Origin: Saccostrea cucullata
Taxonomy: Eukaryota
Length of the DNA stretch: 64,000 nucleotides
Reading direction: 5' to 3'
NCBI RefSeq assembly: GCF_032062105.1
Contig: NW_026931249.1
Coordinates: 186,001 to 250,000 of the forward strand
Positions 62,371 to 64,000 of the stretch are shown one piece after another (within the stretch, counting starts at the first letter, position 1; every line of letters begins with the position of its first letter). Under the pieces are notes generated by a model, which did not search any database, was not told the DNA's origin, and saw only the letters and a program-made list of their open reading frames with translations. Made by a program: the position numbers and the translations under genes.

Positions 62371-64000
62371 TGACCAGATACATGTAAGTAAATTAACGAA
62401 ACACTTCAGCCCAAAGGCTTCTTTATACGAAGAAAGGTTAAATTCTTTTCAGATATTCAGATTTCCTGAGCTAAAGGCTCAAATGAGCAAATATGATTTA
62501 AAAATCTTTTTTCTGTTGTTGCCGTTTCTGTTGTAAATTTTTCATATATATTATGTTAGTCTGCAGAATTGGCAATTTCATCCAAACTTTTTTTCACAAA
62601 ACGGTTTTTGGTTCAGAGGATTCAACTGTATTAAAATTAACGACCAGGTCTGATATACATGGAGATAATTCAAAAATTAGTTTGTTTTCTGGAATTCAAT
62701 AAAACGAATTGTTGAATTTATTGTTAAAAAAAAAAATAAATAAAAAAGATAATTCGCTATAACAAATTAAATTCATATTAAGCAATGTAAAAATTCTTTA
62801 TATCGAATTAAAATGTCACACGTTGAACAAAATTTAAAAGAAATCGTTTCAACAAAGTACATGTAAATTCGTTATTAAAATTTGTTGCATCAATTTTATA
62901 ACGAATTAAATCAATTATAATAAATCATTTTAAATTGTTACAATGAATTCAAAAGTTCGTTTTAACACACAAATTTTATAAGTTATAGATAATATCTAAA
63001 GAAATCCAAAATTTGTTATAACGATTTCAAAACGAAGTCTTAAATCTATCATAAAGAATGGTTTGTTCGGCAAATCGTTTTGTAGGAATTTTTGATATTG
63101 AGCTATTGTCTTTAAATATCTCAATTACTTAATAATAACAAATTTGATTCGTTATAACGACTTCAAAAAAAGAAATTTTAATTTAAAAAACACCACTAAC
63201 AACAAAGACACATTAAGAGCGATGACAGATCCCCAAGTCTTGATTCAATAAAACATAAAACTACGACTTGGGCAATTTTTCAAATGTACAGATGGACGGC
63301 CTAATGTATAACTATTGTAATATACGGCCATAAATTACTACATTTTTACGAGAAATATCCCGGCTTTTAGAAACGTATATGTATATATTTTAACTTCATT
63401 AAATACTCATAAAAGTAATCCATGCGTGTTTAATACATGTATCATTGCTCCGTAAAGTTCACAATATTTTTATACAATATTCTATTCTTAATCAGCTTTG
63501 CAGTTAGTCATTCGAAATATCTACATTTACGATCATGCAGAACAACTGTTTTTAAGAGGACAAAAAATCTTGTGAAGCACAACATGAGTTGTGAGTTAAT
63601 ATATAAAAACTACACTGAATGCTAAAAGAACTTTTGATTTACATGATTGTGTATTGCATGGATTTTAAGTCATAAATTTTTAAAGAGACATACGTAAGAT
63701 AGGTTCTTAATTTATGTGTATTCTTTTAACTGTTATGTATTGATTTTCACTTTTTCTTTTCTTTTCCCTTTTATAGCGTTCTTTTTTCCTGTAATTGTAG
63801 ATTACTGACATTATTGATAAATTGAGTTATGAAGACTTGAATTAAAAAAAATCCAACATAAAAGACACACAAAATGCCACACAAATTCTTATTAATGAAA
63901 ACAGACTTTTTTTTCATACTTTATACAGTTTAATATCATTCATAGAATATTTTGTTTATCTATTATGCTTTTTTGGGGCGTATCATCATTTTTGCAGACT

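Overview
AT-rich, intron-containing animal DNA, most likely an oyster (Ostreidae). This is inferred from a ~165-bp Cg170-like satellite in Helentron-type elements, oyster-style C1qDC genes, a TRIM/NHL relic and the SINE and Penelope-like relics. It is not prokaryotic: there is no CRISPR array or operon. The window contains: (1) a cluster of six secreted low-complexity proteins (Pro-rich, Gly/Phe/Asp-rich, DKYPV-repeat, Gly-rich) with a largely shared gene layout, often an N-terminal Gln, acidic-to-basic polarity and basic tails ending in Tyr, which are candidate shell-matrix or adhesive proteins; (2) two tandem thaumatin-like genes, the second with ATG changed to ATT and a lost Cys; (3) a birth-and-death C1qDC array with one intact copy, three pseudogenes and a remnant; (4) an apparently intact ~3.8-kb Crypton-type tyrosine-recombinase element with a terminal hairpin, plus hairpin elements of the same design; (5) a four-exon acylphosphatase gene missed by the ORF track, with its catalytic Arg on a 17-nt microexon; (6) decayed mariner, Penelope-like, SINE and MITE copies. 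All splice models were read by eye and have no transcript support.
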